Origin: Guillardia theta CCMP2712
Lineage: Eukaryota; Protista; Cryptophyta
NCBI RefSeq assembly: GCF_000315625.1
Contig: NW_005434620.1
Coordinates: forward strand, 59,556 to 123,555
Direction: 5' to 3'
Length of the DNA: 64,000 nucleotides
Shown: one piece after another, positions 23,073-35,523 of the stretch
Layout: every line of letters starts with the position of its first letter
Position numbering within the stretch: the stretch's first letter is position 1
Translations under genes and position numbers: made by a program
Notes under the pieces: model-generated
Databases searched by the model: none
What the model was told of the DNA's origin: nothing
What the model saw: only the letters and a program-made list of their open reading frames with translations

Positions 23073-24750
23073 TTAACGCCTCTTCGACATCTTCGGAAAG
23101 AAATCCTGCTTCCCCTGAGTTGAGTAGTGCCGATAATCTATGCATGCCTTCCCCTGGGTCCTGTTCCTAAGCGGGTGAAATAGCTCCTTAATATGTGCGT
23201 GACTATATAAGTGGATAGCGAAACGAAGAACAACTTGTTTCATCAGAGACAATTCACTGAACTGCATCATGACAACACGGGAGATGAATTGCATCTACAA
23301 CGCGTTGAATGAGATGGTGGACCTGCAGGCCTACGATCTGCGTTGCCAGGAGCATCTGCAGAGCTTGGCACATTCAGGTGTCTGCCCCCTTCTTTACAAC
23401 AGGTGCACATTGACGTCACCAGGCTTGTGGCCATGGTGAGGATCGTCACCCTGCTCAAGTTTCCATACGTGTACAGGGAATCCGGGAAACAATCCAGAGC
23501 GATGCAATCTTCGTCTTTATTCATTACCCCAAAAGATCTATTTTCTGTCCAAAACACACATGCGTTTTTCAAACTTCAAGAGAACATTGAAAAGAGGAAA
23601 CTCAAAATACCCATCGCAAATATTCTTGCTCTCCTCAATGGTTGGCAACATCAAGATGGTGAGATCTCTGTAGAAAGGTCTCTGTTCAGCGGACAGGAAA
23701 GACCATAGTCTCTCAATCGCAGCAACGGACGAGCGAATGTCGTTCAAATGCTTCATCCGGGACAAACGAATCCTGGTACACACAAAACATACACTTGCGA
23801 ATTTGCAAGCGGAAATCGGTGATGACCTTCATGTAGTCAGAAAATCCCTTTTTGTCCGCCAATCATCGGGGAATGTTTCCTCTTGCGCATACTCTTGAAG
23901 GACACCCTGGGGTCATCCGAGGGAGGGTTCAACAGCTCATCATCCGTAAACATATGGGATTGATCCAGTATCAACCTCTTGAGAGTGTCAGAGTTTGCGC
24001 AAACGGGTGCAGGGAACCTTGTCTTGATTCGACGCGTACTGCATGACGTTAGCAAAGGTCACACCATTGACCAACAACTTGAGCGCACTGTTGTAGTGTT
24101 TGTAGTGCTGGCCAACGAACCCAGGAATGTTGCCATCCACTTCGGAATAGCCAATGCATATCATACCGGGTTAAATGGTTACCCCTTTCGGGTTGACCAA
24201 GTGATGGCTTCCAACCATGATGTTGTCCTTCATCTCGTACTTACGTGCAAATCCACCAAGATACCTAAAGATCTGGCAGAAATCCGTCTGGCGAACACAC
24301 TTGCAGCACATGTAGACACAGGCGACGCTAGTGAGCTTCTTGGATGCATCAGTATCCTTTTCCATCAACTTCATCCTCTCCTGCATCTTGAAGTAGTCCA
24401 CAGCAGAAACGAGGAGGGAGCTGGCACATGTCTTAAGGCAGTTCATAGGGGCAGCGCACCAAGCACAAGAAATGCTCTGAGACCTGCCACTGGTGAAGTT
24501 GATGATGGAGGGCATCAGAAGCTGCGTTGGCCAGGTGGTTTCGTGATCACTTCCTGCGGCCGGGGTCCACATCACCTCCTCACGTTTCAGAGACCTGCGC
24601 AGGTTTTGGTGGCTGTCTCTCATGACTGTCTCCACAAGTGGACTTTGGTCGTTTCCACACGTCCAGACCGGTAGGAACGGGCTGGTCTCCCTTGTCGGGA
24701 TCAGAGTACAAGACCTCGTTCGGATGTAGAACGGCAGACATCTTTACAAT
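23073..24750 (-). pseudogene. Intronless, disrupted Cys-rich coding remnant (~550 codons), function unknown
   Basis: Consecutive minus-strand coding-like ORFs lie in different frames (24171-24635, 23837-24055, 23538-23783, 23267-23572, 23073-23294). The frame stays protein-like past the TAA at 24171 (PGMICIGYSEVDGNIPGFVGQHYKHYNSALKLLVNG). No convincing intron reconciles the frameshifts. Confidence 0.5.
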
Positions 24751-24908
24751 GAAACAAGATGCCGATTGACGTCGACCCTGAAGGAAAGGCGGGCAAGATG
24801 TCTGAATTGTTCTGGCAATTTATTGGCACATTTCCTAGCATGACTTTTCTCAGTTCTTGGTCTCCCAGTGCCGGTTACAGTTTATGACCCGTCATTCCCG
24901 ACGAATTT

Positions 24909-24939
24909 GGGGTGGGGTGGGGTGGGGTGGGGTGGGGGT
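24909..24939 (+). repeat. (GGGGT)6 tract, predicted G-quadruplex, upstream of the SMCHD1-like gene
   Basis: Seen directly: ggggtggggtggggtggggtggggtgggggt. Confidence 0.85.
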
Positions 24940-25257
24940 AGAGGTGGTAGATAAAAATATGTTTCAGAGGGGTAGTTGAATTTGTTTTGTAAAAGAGGGA
25001 CAGAATTTTTGTACCATAATTGTATTATTTTGTTTTAAATGTATCTACACGTTTTACTTAATGCTGGTTTCTCAGCAACCACCCTCACACTGTGTACCCC
25101 ACATTTTTCCACAAACCATACCCCACCACCTGACTTACGTCCCTGTCTTGTCCTTCCCTCCCCTCTCCCCTCCCCTCACCTCCTGTCATCTCTTCTCCTC
25201 TCCTCAATCCTCAGCTCGCCTTGCCCTTGAATACTAAACCTTCAATTTCTTTCTACC

Positions 25258-28200
25258 ATGAATCAGAAACTTGTCGAGGTTGTTGTAGACAACTCTATCC
25301 ACCAACTGCGCAACCATCCAACAAACAGGCATGTCATATAGATCATTTCATCATATGTTTCCAATCTAACATTTCAACAGCCTCAACCCAATCAGCTTTG
25401 AACTGGACTTCGTACGGAGATTCTCAGACGTGAAAAAATTTGTATCGCATGTTATGGAGACTCTCGGGTTGTCGCAGCATGTACGTTCCCTCACCTCCTT
25501 CTCCATCTCATCCTCCCCCCTCACAAATGATGAAAATCAACAGGATGCATCTTTAGCGCCGAAATTGTGTACATCTGACAGTGTCGAAGAGATCAGTTCG
25601 CTGGACTTTCTTGACTTCGGAGATGGAAACAAGTACAGGCTCTTCCTCCTCCCTCCAGGCAAGTAGAGCAGCTGAGGTCTGTGAGAACAAACATGAAAGC
25701 AATTTCAGGGCAAGGGGAGATCTTTTGCGAGTCCATTGCAGACACTTTGCCACGAAAGCAGGCGCTGATGAGGGCGTCTGCTGCACCCTACTCCTTCTTG
25801 ACAGCAATGGGAGAGCTTGTCGATAACTCCATCCAGCACATGCTCTGTAATCCAGATCCTGAGCCCAGGAGCATCCAAATTACCCTCAACGGGGTCGAGA
25901 AGACTTTGACTTTCTGTGATAACGGGATCGGTTGCAGCAGCCCCGTCAGGATGCACACGCTCGGATCGAAGCAAGAGGCGCCAGCACAGGATACTGATCT
26001 TCATGATGGTCCAATCTCGTTCGGAAGGTACATGAAAGGAACACTTTCACGCTACGGTGTTGGAACAAAGAATGCTTGTAAGGCTCTTGGGGAAACATTC
26101 GTCACTAGTAGCAAGACGAGGAACATGCGATCCTTGGTGCATATTGTGAGAGAGCTAGACGAGGACGATTTCAAAGTCAACCTGGTCACAAGGTCGCTGA
26201 GAGATGGTGAGGAGGCAGCGGCAAGTTTCTGCAAGATCGAGGTGCATAAATTTCGGTTCGACGAATTCTTTTGTAGAGATGGTGCTGTCTCATTCCAAGT
26301 GCTGGAACAGTTTCTGACGAACTTGCGGGCCATGTACTACCTCTGCGTTCAAAGGGAGAACTCGGGAAGCAACAGGTTGGTAGACCACGTCTTGAACCAC
26401 TGGCATAGGTCTTGTATGATGAAACCTGCAAGGTCAGGTCGCGTGCCTAAAGCGGTAGAGAGGTTCAAGTCCGACATGGAAAAAGTCAAGGAGGCGATGG
26501 AGAGGTATAAGATGGAGGATACCAACGATCATATTACCATCGAGTTCCGAGTGATCTTTGAGACCTCCGCTGCTCCTCACGTATACCGACTCTCAGACTC
26601 AACATGCTGCTTGGATCAGATGCTCGGAAGTCATCCCAAGGATTTCTTCCCGATCTACGTGGAGGTCGAGCTCGAAAGCAAAAAGAGGTCAATCGTGACT
26701 GGAGCGGTGTTCTATTTCCCAAGGCTGCGGGAGATGGAAACTGTGCCTGCGGTAGACGAGGTCGTCGGACAATCCTCCGGGAACAAACGTCGGTTCATGA
26801 CGTTTTGGATGGGACGATGGCTAACTGAAGAGCATTTTGTTCCTAACTTCATGAAGTTCCCACGGGAGAAGCCTCTGAAAGCTCCCGAGCGCTGCTACGA
26901 CCGCACATTTGGGGTCATGTTTGTGGACCGGGGAATTGAGCCAGGAGCAGACAAGACTATGTTCAGAAAGAATGGAAAATGTCTGAATAATTTGATCTCT
27001 GCGCTGGAATCAGAGCAACTTCGTCAGACGTACGACCTGTGGCTGAAAGAATGTCACCTCAAGTACGATGCTGAAGTTTCTTTCGAGGGTGAAAACCCCC
27101 AGTACATCAAAGCACAGGATGTTTCTGAACACGATAAGGTGGTCTTCTGCGATGAAACGTTTTCACTTGGCCAGTTGGTCAAGGTGTACAAGGAGATAGG
27201 AGGGAAAAACAATGCCTCCGAGGAACATGTGGGCACGATAAAGAGACTTCTACAGGACGATCACTTTATCAAAAACAACTGCTCTGGAGAAGTTGAGATC
27301 ATAGAGCTAGCTTCGAACAACAGCTACACAGAGAAGAGGTACAAGATACCAGCGTTCTCGATGTCGACGATCACAGATGATCAACTCGAGGCTGTCAAAT
27401 CTCAGAACGAGGAGTCGATAGTTCGAAAAGTGATCCCTGAGCTGAGAAACGAAAGATTTGAGGCTGGTTCCAGCATTGAATTTCCTAAGCTAATCTTCAA
27501 AAACTCCAAGAATACCAACATCTCAAACAACTCCGCCATGGTGGAAGTGACTGTGACAGGTTCGAAAAACTTCAAAGATGCTTTCAATATGCCTATTGCC
27601 AAGCCTGGATGGCCCACTGAAGTGCTGAACAAATTTTCGCGAATTGCTGATCTGTACACCTTCGAAGTCAAACCGAAATCCGGGCAATCTTTCAGTAGCG
27701 TTCCCTTGAACTTCAAGATCGTCCCCACGAAGATGAACGACGTTTTCCTCTATCCACGTACTTCAACAATCTATCAAACGATAGGCAAGGCGTGCTCATA
27801 CGAGCTCAGAATCGAAGATGAATATCAAAACAACATCTTGCTCCTCGGACGCGTTCACCGGCTTGATGTCGTTGTCGATGAAACCCAAGCGCAAATGTTG
27901 TCGCTGACTTTCAACCCGAGCTTCGGTGAGTCCGTTGTAAGCATTTCAGACCTCTGCGTGAACCGCGCCCTCGTTGGGTCATACCGAGCTCGCATCATCA
28001 TAACGCACACGCGTACGGGTCATAGAGTGGAGAACGAAATCTGCATGCAAGTGCAGCACGGAACTCCATACTTCATACAACTTCAAGGTCCTGCGACAGA
28101 GTTCATCAACTACGGAGACTTCGATGCAGATGTTGATATTCGAGACGCAAGCAGCAATGTTTGTGAAGGTAGCACCCAGCGCAATCTCTACCTCACCAGC

Positions 28201-31200
28201 CCAGACCTGTTGTTTGCAAACAGAGCGAGCTGGGAAAAGAAAGAAGTCAGAATGGGAGCTTGTGAACTGCAGCCCAGCTGCATGAGCCGTTTGTTCAAAT
28301 GTGCCAGAGCTCCACGCTCTTCCAATCTGAAAGCATCCAAGCAGAAAGATCCGATAGTCAATGAGCAGCTCATGAACCGATGGAGGGAGACAACTTCGAA
28401 GCAGGCAACTCCGATTGGAGTGTTTCACAACGATCATGGTTTTTTCCAAGAGGGTGACTTTATTTTGCTTGAAACCAAGGAGATCTTGCGCAAGGGAGAT
28501 CATCGCAAGACCTATCCCAAGCTCACCCTGTACGCCAGGATCAGCTCAGTCTTGAATCAAACGGAAATAACCACAGCAAAACCTGAGACGGCAATCAGAG
28601 CAACTTACTTTGAGCTCGAGAAGTGTTCTCGTATGCTGACGCAATCGCAAGATGAAGAAGATCTCGACCCTCTCGCTATCTCCGGGCGCATCTTTGTACT
28701 CCACAGATCTCTCAAACACTCCATCGACCCTGACGCCTTGGATGACAATGTGTTCTTTGCTGACTTGGAGGACCTTCCTCGGAGCTTGCAGGCAAATTTG
28801 GACTTGTTCTACGAGACCGACCAGGAGCTGCTGCACACGAGGATTACCAAGACGATGCTCTCCAGTAGGACTCCTAAGAGGCTCAAGCTGCTCCGAGCAG
28901 GGGAGGAGCTGGCATATACCATGTCCCAACATCAAGAAAGAGAAGCCAGGATCGTCACAGAGCACGACGAGCAGATTTCAAACTTGCAGCTTGAGGTCAC
29001 CGACGAGGCCAACCAGAGCTGCAAGGAAAACTTGATCGTCTCTACAAAGTTGATGGTGGAGTGTAGCTGGGACGAGCAGGGTCTACAGGTCAACAGCAAT
29101 GCTCTGGATGAACCAGTGGTCTTGCCGAGCTTGCATGTGGAAAGAAACAGCAAGCAGACGATATCAGTGCATGTGCGCGATGGCGACAATGATACCAGGT
29201 TGTGCAAATATTCGCTGAATGTGCTTGTGAGGGCTGGAGCTCCGAAGATGTTGAGATTATCTCTTATAGACACGCTGACGGTGACTGTTGGTGAGCTGTT
29301 CGAGCTGCGAGGAGAGATTGTTGATGGAGTTGGCAACCCAATCGATTCGTCAGAAAATGTAGACGTACGTCTGGTATCCGTGATTCCCTTGTCTTTTGAG
29401 TACGACCAAGTTCAAGATGATCAGGCTGAAGGGAAGGTCGTCATGTATGATTCTGGGTCTGTTGTTGTGAAGGACCAAGATGTGCTGAGCTACATGAAGG
29501 TCACGGGTTCGCAGGTAAGAGGGATCAGAGCTCGTCTCCTGTCAAGACCGGCCAAGGGTTCACTGAAGCTCGGGCTCCAAGTAAAGGTCGACAAGGATCT
29601 CCAAGTCTACGATCTTGCCCCCATTCCACTTGACGTCCATCCCCTTATTGGCAAACCCGAGAAGATCTGCGTGGAACCGGCGCAGGCGACTTTTTGCATG
29701 TCGGTAGACAGCAAGTCTCAGCACCCCTGTGACGTCACATTCATCGTGGCAGATGCAGCTGGGAACAACTTGTCAGAGTCAAGCGATGGTGACCTCTACA
29801 TGAAAATACGATTGGAGGCTGTCAAGCTTGTCAAGGTGTCTGATCCCTTGATCGGAACGTGCTTCAAGCTGAGAAAAGTTCCTCCCCTTTCCGCTGGCGA
29901 GCACAACGCAGAAATAAGATGTACGGGGAAGATAACGGCTTACAACTTCAAAGTCATCGCAAACACTTGCAACCATGTGATGAATATTGCGATGAAGATA
30001 CAAGAGGAGCAGAGGCACCTTGAGTACAGGGACGATGAGACGATCGGACGAGCTCAGTTCCTCGCTACCATTGAATTTCACACTGAGGACAAGAGAGGTC
30101 TTGAGATGCAGAACGAGAGGCCCGACGTGAAGCTCTACATCGAAGATCGTGTGGTAGAGATGAAGTACGGCAGCTTTGAGGGTAACAGCCTTCAGATCTC
30201 CTTCACCCTCTTTCGGGTAGGAAACTTTGAAGTTCACGCCGTCTTCACTGATACACGCGCATCCTACGCTGGAGCTGAGAGCATCCGATCCAGCGGCTGC
30301 GGGGTGAAAGTGTGGGCAGGTGAGTCTGACTGTTGTTGCTTGTTGCTTGATGTTGCTTCTTCTCGATGTTGTTCTTGTTGTTGTTTCCTCCTCACGCTCG
30401 TTCTCCAGGAGCTGTCGAGCAGCTGAAGATGGAACTAGTCCCTTCCCTCCCATCTCATCGTCTACAGTGGAGCTATGATGTGCAAGCATGCGATCGAGGA
30501 GGAAACGCGTCAGATTTTCATCCTATCAGGGACTGGAAAGTTTCAGTGCTGCCGAAGCTTAACAAGGATGCAAACTTCAGGATCACAGCTGAGACAGTCG
30601 CCCTGGGCGCAAGCGTGTCCAAGGGCACGGGTGGTTTCAGCCTGATCCGTCAGCGTAGAGCCCAAAGGCCTGCGCCATCCTGCAATGTCAAGTTTCGTCT
30701 CAACAGCAACATCCCCTTGAAGCCGATCTCTGACTTCACGCTGAAAATTCCTCCTCCAGATCCAGAGATCAGTGACGATGGAGACGCAAACGTTGTGGAG
30801 GAGGAGGACGATGGTATGGAGACAGGACTGAACGATGGCAAAGGCGACTTGGAGCTTGGTGACGCGAGGAGAAGGGAGGAGGAAATGGAGCGGGCAGCAC
30901 TTGAGATGCGAGTGAAACTATCAGGGTTGTACAGTACAATGTCAAATGCCATGGAAAATCTCCCGAAGGCAGACTTGTTGTGCGCTGAAATCCGATCCTT
31001 CTACGCTCCTCCTCCCTCAGCGCAAGATCCTGAGGTGGACAAGTATTGCGAGAAAATGCTTGCACATGTTGCAGTGATCAAAGAAACCGTGCAGAGAGAG
31101 AAGTCGAAAGTGGAAAGCGATTCAAATAGGCTACACAACAAGATGGCCTTGAGCAACGTGAGGCTTTTCAGAGAGTGCAAAGCGTTGGGTTGTGTATCAA

Positions 31201-32111
31201 CATTGTACTTGATAGATCATGTAAGGTCCTCAGACATTCAGACCGCACTGTCAACAGCCTACGGTGAAGATCTGGACTGTGTCGTCTTCCAGACTGTCTC
31301 AGACTGCAACAGCCAGTTGGACAGGATCTGTAACGACTCGAAGTGCAAGACTATCGCTGTCGCCTCCCTCGACTCTCTGTCTCATGTGCTGCAAGCAGAT
31401 CGAGTGCCGGAGGCGCTAGGGCGAGCGAGTGAATTTATTAGGTTGGAGAAGCGGCACGATGCTGCTACTGAAGAGAAGCTTTGCATGCTTGCAGAGCACC
31501 TGTTCAGCGATCTCATTATCTTCGAAAAGCTCGAGCAGGCGACACGGTACTATCAACGCGCTGCTCGCCGAGGCGACATGATGGTGGGGCTAGATGCTCC
31601 GAACAAGGTGCTGATGTGGAACGGAAGGAGAAAGGTCAGCAACAGAAAGTCGACTCACACGAGGTTGGGTCTCCTCGACCTGCTTCGCTGCTCAAGATAC
31701 TCGACGCTGAAGCAGCAGGAGCACGACCTTATGCGGATCGAGAAGAAGATGCAGGCAAGGGCTGAAGAAGCTGCAAGGATCTCACCTGACCTGGTCCTTT
31801 CTCCTCAGGTGATCCGCGACACGTTTATCGAGATCTCAGAGCTCGAGAGCAAGCTCAAGACCCCCGGCTCTCCCCCAACTGCAGGATCCAAGATCATGCC
31901 CTCTAATGTGACCAACACTCCCAGCTCGGCAATGACGCCGCTGACCTCCAAGAAGACTCCGTCCAAGCGAAAGAAAGAGCGACAGGAGGTGAGGAGAGAG
32001 GGATGGGCGATGCTCGTGATCTGACGTCACATGCAGGAGCAGGAGCCTGAGGCCCTTCCAAGGCAGCTGCGGATGAAGCCGAGGAGGCTAATAGGAGAGA
32101 GGAATGATTGA
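25258..32111 (+). CDS. SMCHD1: SMCHD1-like protein (UBL, GHKL ATPase, transducer, BAH, long beta-rich linker, coiled coil, SMC hinge), ~2,150-2,200 aa
   Basis: GHKL motifs AMGELVDNS, DNGIGC and LSRYGVGTK are intact. SMCHD1-type blocks are present: FWMGRWL...APERCYDRTFGVMFVD...DKTMF, WLKECHLKYDAEVSF and GQLVKV...GTIKRL...GEVEI. The hinge reads ALGCVSTL...DLDCVVFQT...ASLDSL...LFSDLIIFEKLEQATRYY...NG. Introns: 25329-25380 (GC-AG), 25481-25543, 25659-25708 (GC-AG), 30320-30408, 31989-32036, and possibly 31755-31808. Stop codon at 32109-32111. Confidence 0.85.
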
Positions 32112-32719
32112 GGCAGCAAGACATTTGATCGGAGGAAGTGACTGTAAAGCCTGTAGGAGAGAGATGATGTAGGATAGAATAGAGAGAGCTGAGCGTCTTT
32201 TCTTCCACAAGCTGCATGCGATCTGGTCTCCTCAACTTGTACGAGGGATCTGAGAATCTTGACAAGAGCGGGAATCATGAATCGTTCTTCCTCCTATGAC
32301 CATGCTACAACCTAGCTTTTATTTTTTTTCCCTCTTCAACTCCCAACTTCTACATGTGCTCGACGTGCTAATACAAGCTTCTCCTCCTCTGCCGTCCTAA
32401 GCGAAAGCTCTGCCAAAAAAATGTCAATCTCACTTCCTCCACAGCACACAGGCATACACACGGGTAAAACCTTTCCATGCATGATTGAACCATTCGATTG
32501 ATTCCACACACAACACTGGAGCTGCTCTCAGACGCACACTCTGTCTTGACTAATTGAGTTCTTGCTGTCTTCATGGAGATTCACCTACTGGAGTCGGGGG
32601 ATCGGAGAATATCTCAGAGTCATCTTGAGGTGTTGCGTGAATCTGATCCTCCATTCCCATCTTAGTTCAGAGCTGATTCTTTCCTGAAATCAGTGCTCCA
32701 CTTTCACTTATGAAACAGA

Positions 32720-33279
32720 TTGAGCATGGGGGGAGTAGAATCCTACTTGGGTTGTTGTCCTACACAGGGAGATCTAGAACAGCATCTTGAATCATCGGCC
32801 TCGGCCTGCAAAGCGCATATAAGTGCCAGCATGAGTAACATACACGCCATATCAAAGCAACCAAGTATTTCCCATCATGACTCATCCAAACACCCAAGTG
32901 TTGCCAATCACGGCTTATCCAAACAAGCAAGTATTCCAAGCGAACCTCTTTTCGGGGACAAGACAGCATGTCGACCATCTTCAAACGCTTCCCCTCCTAC
33001 CGCAACTTCAAGGTCAACCTCCATGACATCGAGGAGAACCTCAGGACCTTATGTCCGGAGGCCCAGCATCTAGAGAACCTCAAGGCGTCTGTGGGGCTTG
33101 CGAGGAGGGAGTCGGACTTCGACCATGTAAGGCGACTGAAAGGAAGTTGGGAGGGGGATGAGAGCCTGGTAACTTCATTGCCTGCTGCAGATAGACATCG
33201 AGACCTTCAAGAGGGTGTTTGGTTTCCATTTCAGCTCAGAAGACGAGAACACAAAGACGAGGTACCAGTCCAGGCTTGA
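32720..33279 (+). CDS. Small hypothetical protein; model uncertain
   Basis: Overlapping ORFs 32720-33073 (three SKxxS units) and 32968-33279 have coding-like composition. No family was recognised. Confidence 0.3.
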
Positions 33280-34145
33280 TGATATGCTGGACAGATTTTA
33301 GAGTGATCGAGATGGGCCCGGCCAGTGAACTTTGAACTCAGGGCCGGGTTCAGCGGCCGCTTACTTACACGCTTCACTGAGTCACCCGATCAAGTGCTGT
33401 TTGGAGTTGTCGCCGGGAGCCTGAATCAATCAGCCCAGCTTGCCAAGTTGGGCTCGGACATTTAGTAAATGTAAACATACTATGATTGCTATGATTGACA
33501 ATTCCCCTCCCCCCCCGCCGCACCCACTCACCCCTCCGACTTGCAAAGAAGTGTACTACTTCAAGATCGACTTGGACCAAGGCGGAGGGTCAGGATCAGC
33601 GTGTTCACAAGCTTTGAAATAACGTTTCATCAAGATGTCGCAGCTGTGAAACACTCAGGCGTCATCAGCTGATGCGGCTTGCCATGAAAGTGAAGATATG
33701 AAAACATATAAGGTGCTTTGTTGATTTCATCAACACATTTCTCTGATCGTCGTCTGCATCTCCAGTCTTTAGACCTGAGAGCAAACGAATTCAAGCGAAA
33801 TTGCATTGCAGTGAGAAAAAACACAGCAGTAGCGGCTGGAGACGCAGCATATATGCTCAATGGCTTTGAAGATCGGAGAAATCGGTGAAAGGATAGTACT
33901 GTACTTTATTCTCTGCCAATGCATTTCACAGACACGGGAAGTCGACAATCCTGTGTTATTTATGAGTAGTTCCCAAACGTCACTTCACAGATTCCATCTT
34001 GCATCCCTCCTGCCCCATTGGTGCCTGCAGGGCCAGTAGTGCTGCATGATATCAAAGGGTACCCATGGTGACTTGAAATAGGGACTGTGGATAGTGTTTG
34101 TTCCTATTGCTGTTAGGCTTATCAAGTGAAGAGGTCTCAGACGGA

Positions 34146-34240
34146 GAGCTCAACTTGTTTGTGGGAACAGTGAGCTTGAATTTCACTTTTTTGCCCGCAA
34201 CGAGCTCAACTTGTTTGTGAGAACAGTGAGCTTGAATTTC
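34146..34240. repeat. 39-bp direct repeat (1 mismatch), period 56 bp
   Basis: gagctcaacttgtttgtg[g/a]gaacagtgagcttgaatttc occurs at 34146 and 34202. Confidence 0.9.
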
Positions 34241-34997
34241 GTCTATCTTTGGAGAAGGCAAGCACACACTTTCGTTAAATTCAAAACTCTTGATTGCCAC
34301 CTTCTGCAAACAGTCCATAAGTTATGTAGAGCTATGGGATCTAAGTAGGATGTACAAGTCAAAATATCCGAGAGGCTCCTATTGACTCTCAGGGGGCAAG
34401 CCTGGACCATCAGGTATTTGCAACGTCAGGCAACGTAGAGGGAGCGACAGATTGAGCACGAGCGCAGAAAGAAGAAGAAGACGCCATTCCAGCTGCTCAT
34501 GTAGATGGGAAATGATCCTTCAGTTTGTCCATGTCACTTCCATACGACAGCACACATTCGATCCACGTTGAAATTTAGATTATGTAATGTAGTACAACTA
34601 ATACATTTCAGGTTTTGACGACGCGGTACAGGACATGCTTACCGCCTTGGACAGTCCAGGAAACACGCTGAAAGAATGGGCTGATAGGGACAGGAGCAGC
34701 AGTCGTGTGAGTTACAGAACTCTTACTCGTTGCAATGCATACGATAGATGTTGCTGCTAGCGCTGCCAGCGTAAAAGTTACTCATCATTGAAAGATAAGA
34801 AGTGACTCACACGGAGGCCTATCAACGGGCCCAACGGCTGTCTCAGTACGGTAAATTTACTCTAAAACTGAATTTTAAACTAACCTAATTTTTCGTCGAA
34901 TGTCAAAATCAACGGATGTAACGGCCGAAAAAGAATGTCCTCGCATGCTCTCTGGGATGAATCGGGACAAGCTGAAACAACTACAACAGGGAGGAAG

Positions 34998-35204
34998 TGA
35001 AGAAGATCGAGAAGAGAAGAAGTCATAGACTATGAAGAAGATCGAGAAGAGAAGAAGTCATAGACTATGAAGAAGATCGAGAAGAGAAGAAGTCATAGAC
35101 TATGAAGAAGATCGAGAAGAGATAAAGTCATAGACTATGAAGAAGATCGAGAAGAGAAGAAGTCATAGACTATGAAGAAGATCGAGAAGAGATAAAGTCA
35201 TAGA
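34998..35204. repeat. 35-bp minisatellite, ~6 copies, no spacers
   Basis: Unit tgaagaagatcgagaagagaagaagtcatagacta starts at 34998, 35033, 35068, 35103, 35138 and 35173. Copies 4 and 6 carry gataaag in place of gaagaag. Confidence 0.95.
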
Positions 35205-35523
35205 GTACGTACCAGCAATTAGAAGTTGAAAGATGATGGGGAGGGAGAACATCGGTTCCCGAGAGCAGAGAAGGATAAGGACGATGGGAAAAATCGTTTA
35301 AGTTGTTGTGTTCCTTCCAAACGGCAGATTGTGAAACTGTGATGCTTGCGAGGCTTTACATATGACACAAAACAAGTACTGAGACATCATAGGCCTCCAA
35401 GATTGAAGATGACATCTTCCCAGAAGTTGGAGAAAACCCCCAAGGCAAGAGACACTGCATAAAGGGAGGCCGATGCTAATAGAATTCTTTCTCCTGCAGG
35501 TTTGGGATCCCCGAGAGCGTTTG

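Noticed and set aside
24171-24173. Stop-codon reassignment (TAA read-through)
   Set aside because: Neighbouring genes end normally in TAA (TauD-like, kinase-TPR, RAD50), and the same locus also has frameshifts, so decay is the simpler explanation.
24909-24939. Interstitial telomere
   Set aside because: Only six GGGGT units, not a TTAGGG/TTTAGGG-type repeat, and similar G/C runs occur in other intergenic regions.
34998-35204. CRISPR array (35-bp repeats with an internal palindrome)
   Set aside because: The units are head-to-tail with no unique spacers, no cas genes are present, and the context is eukaryotic.
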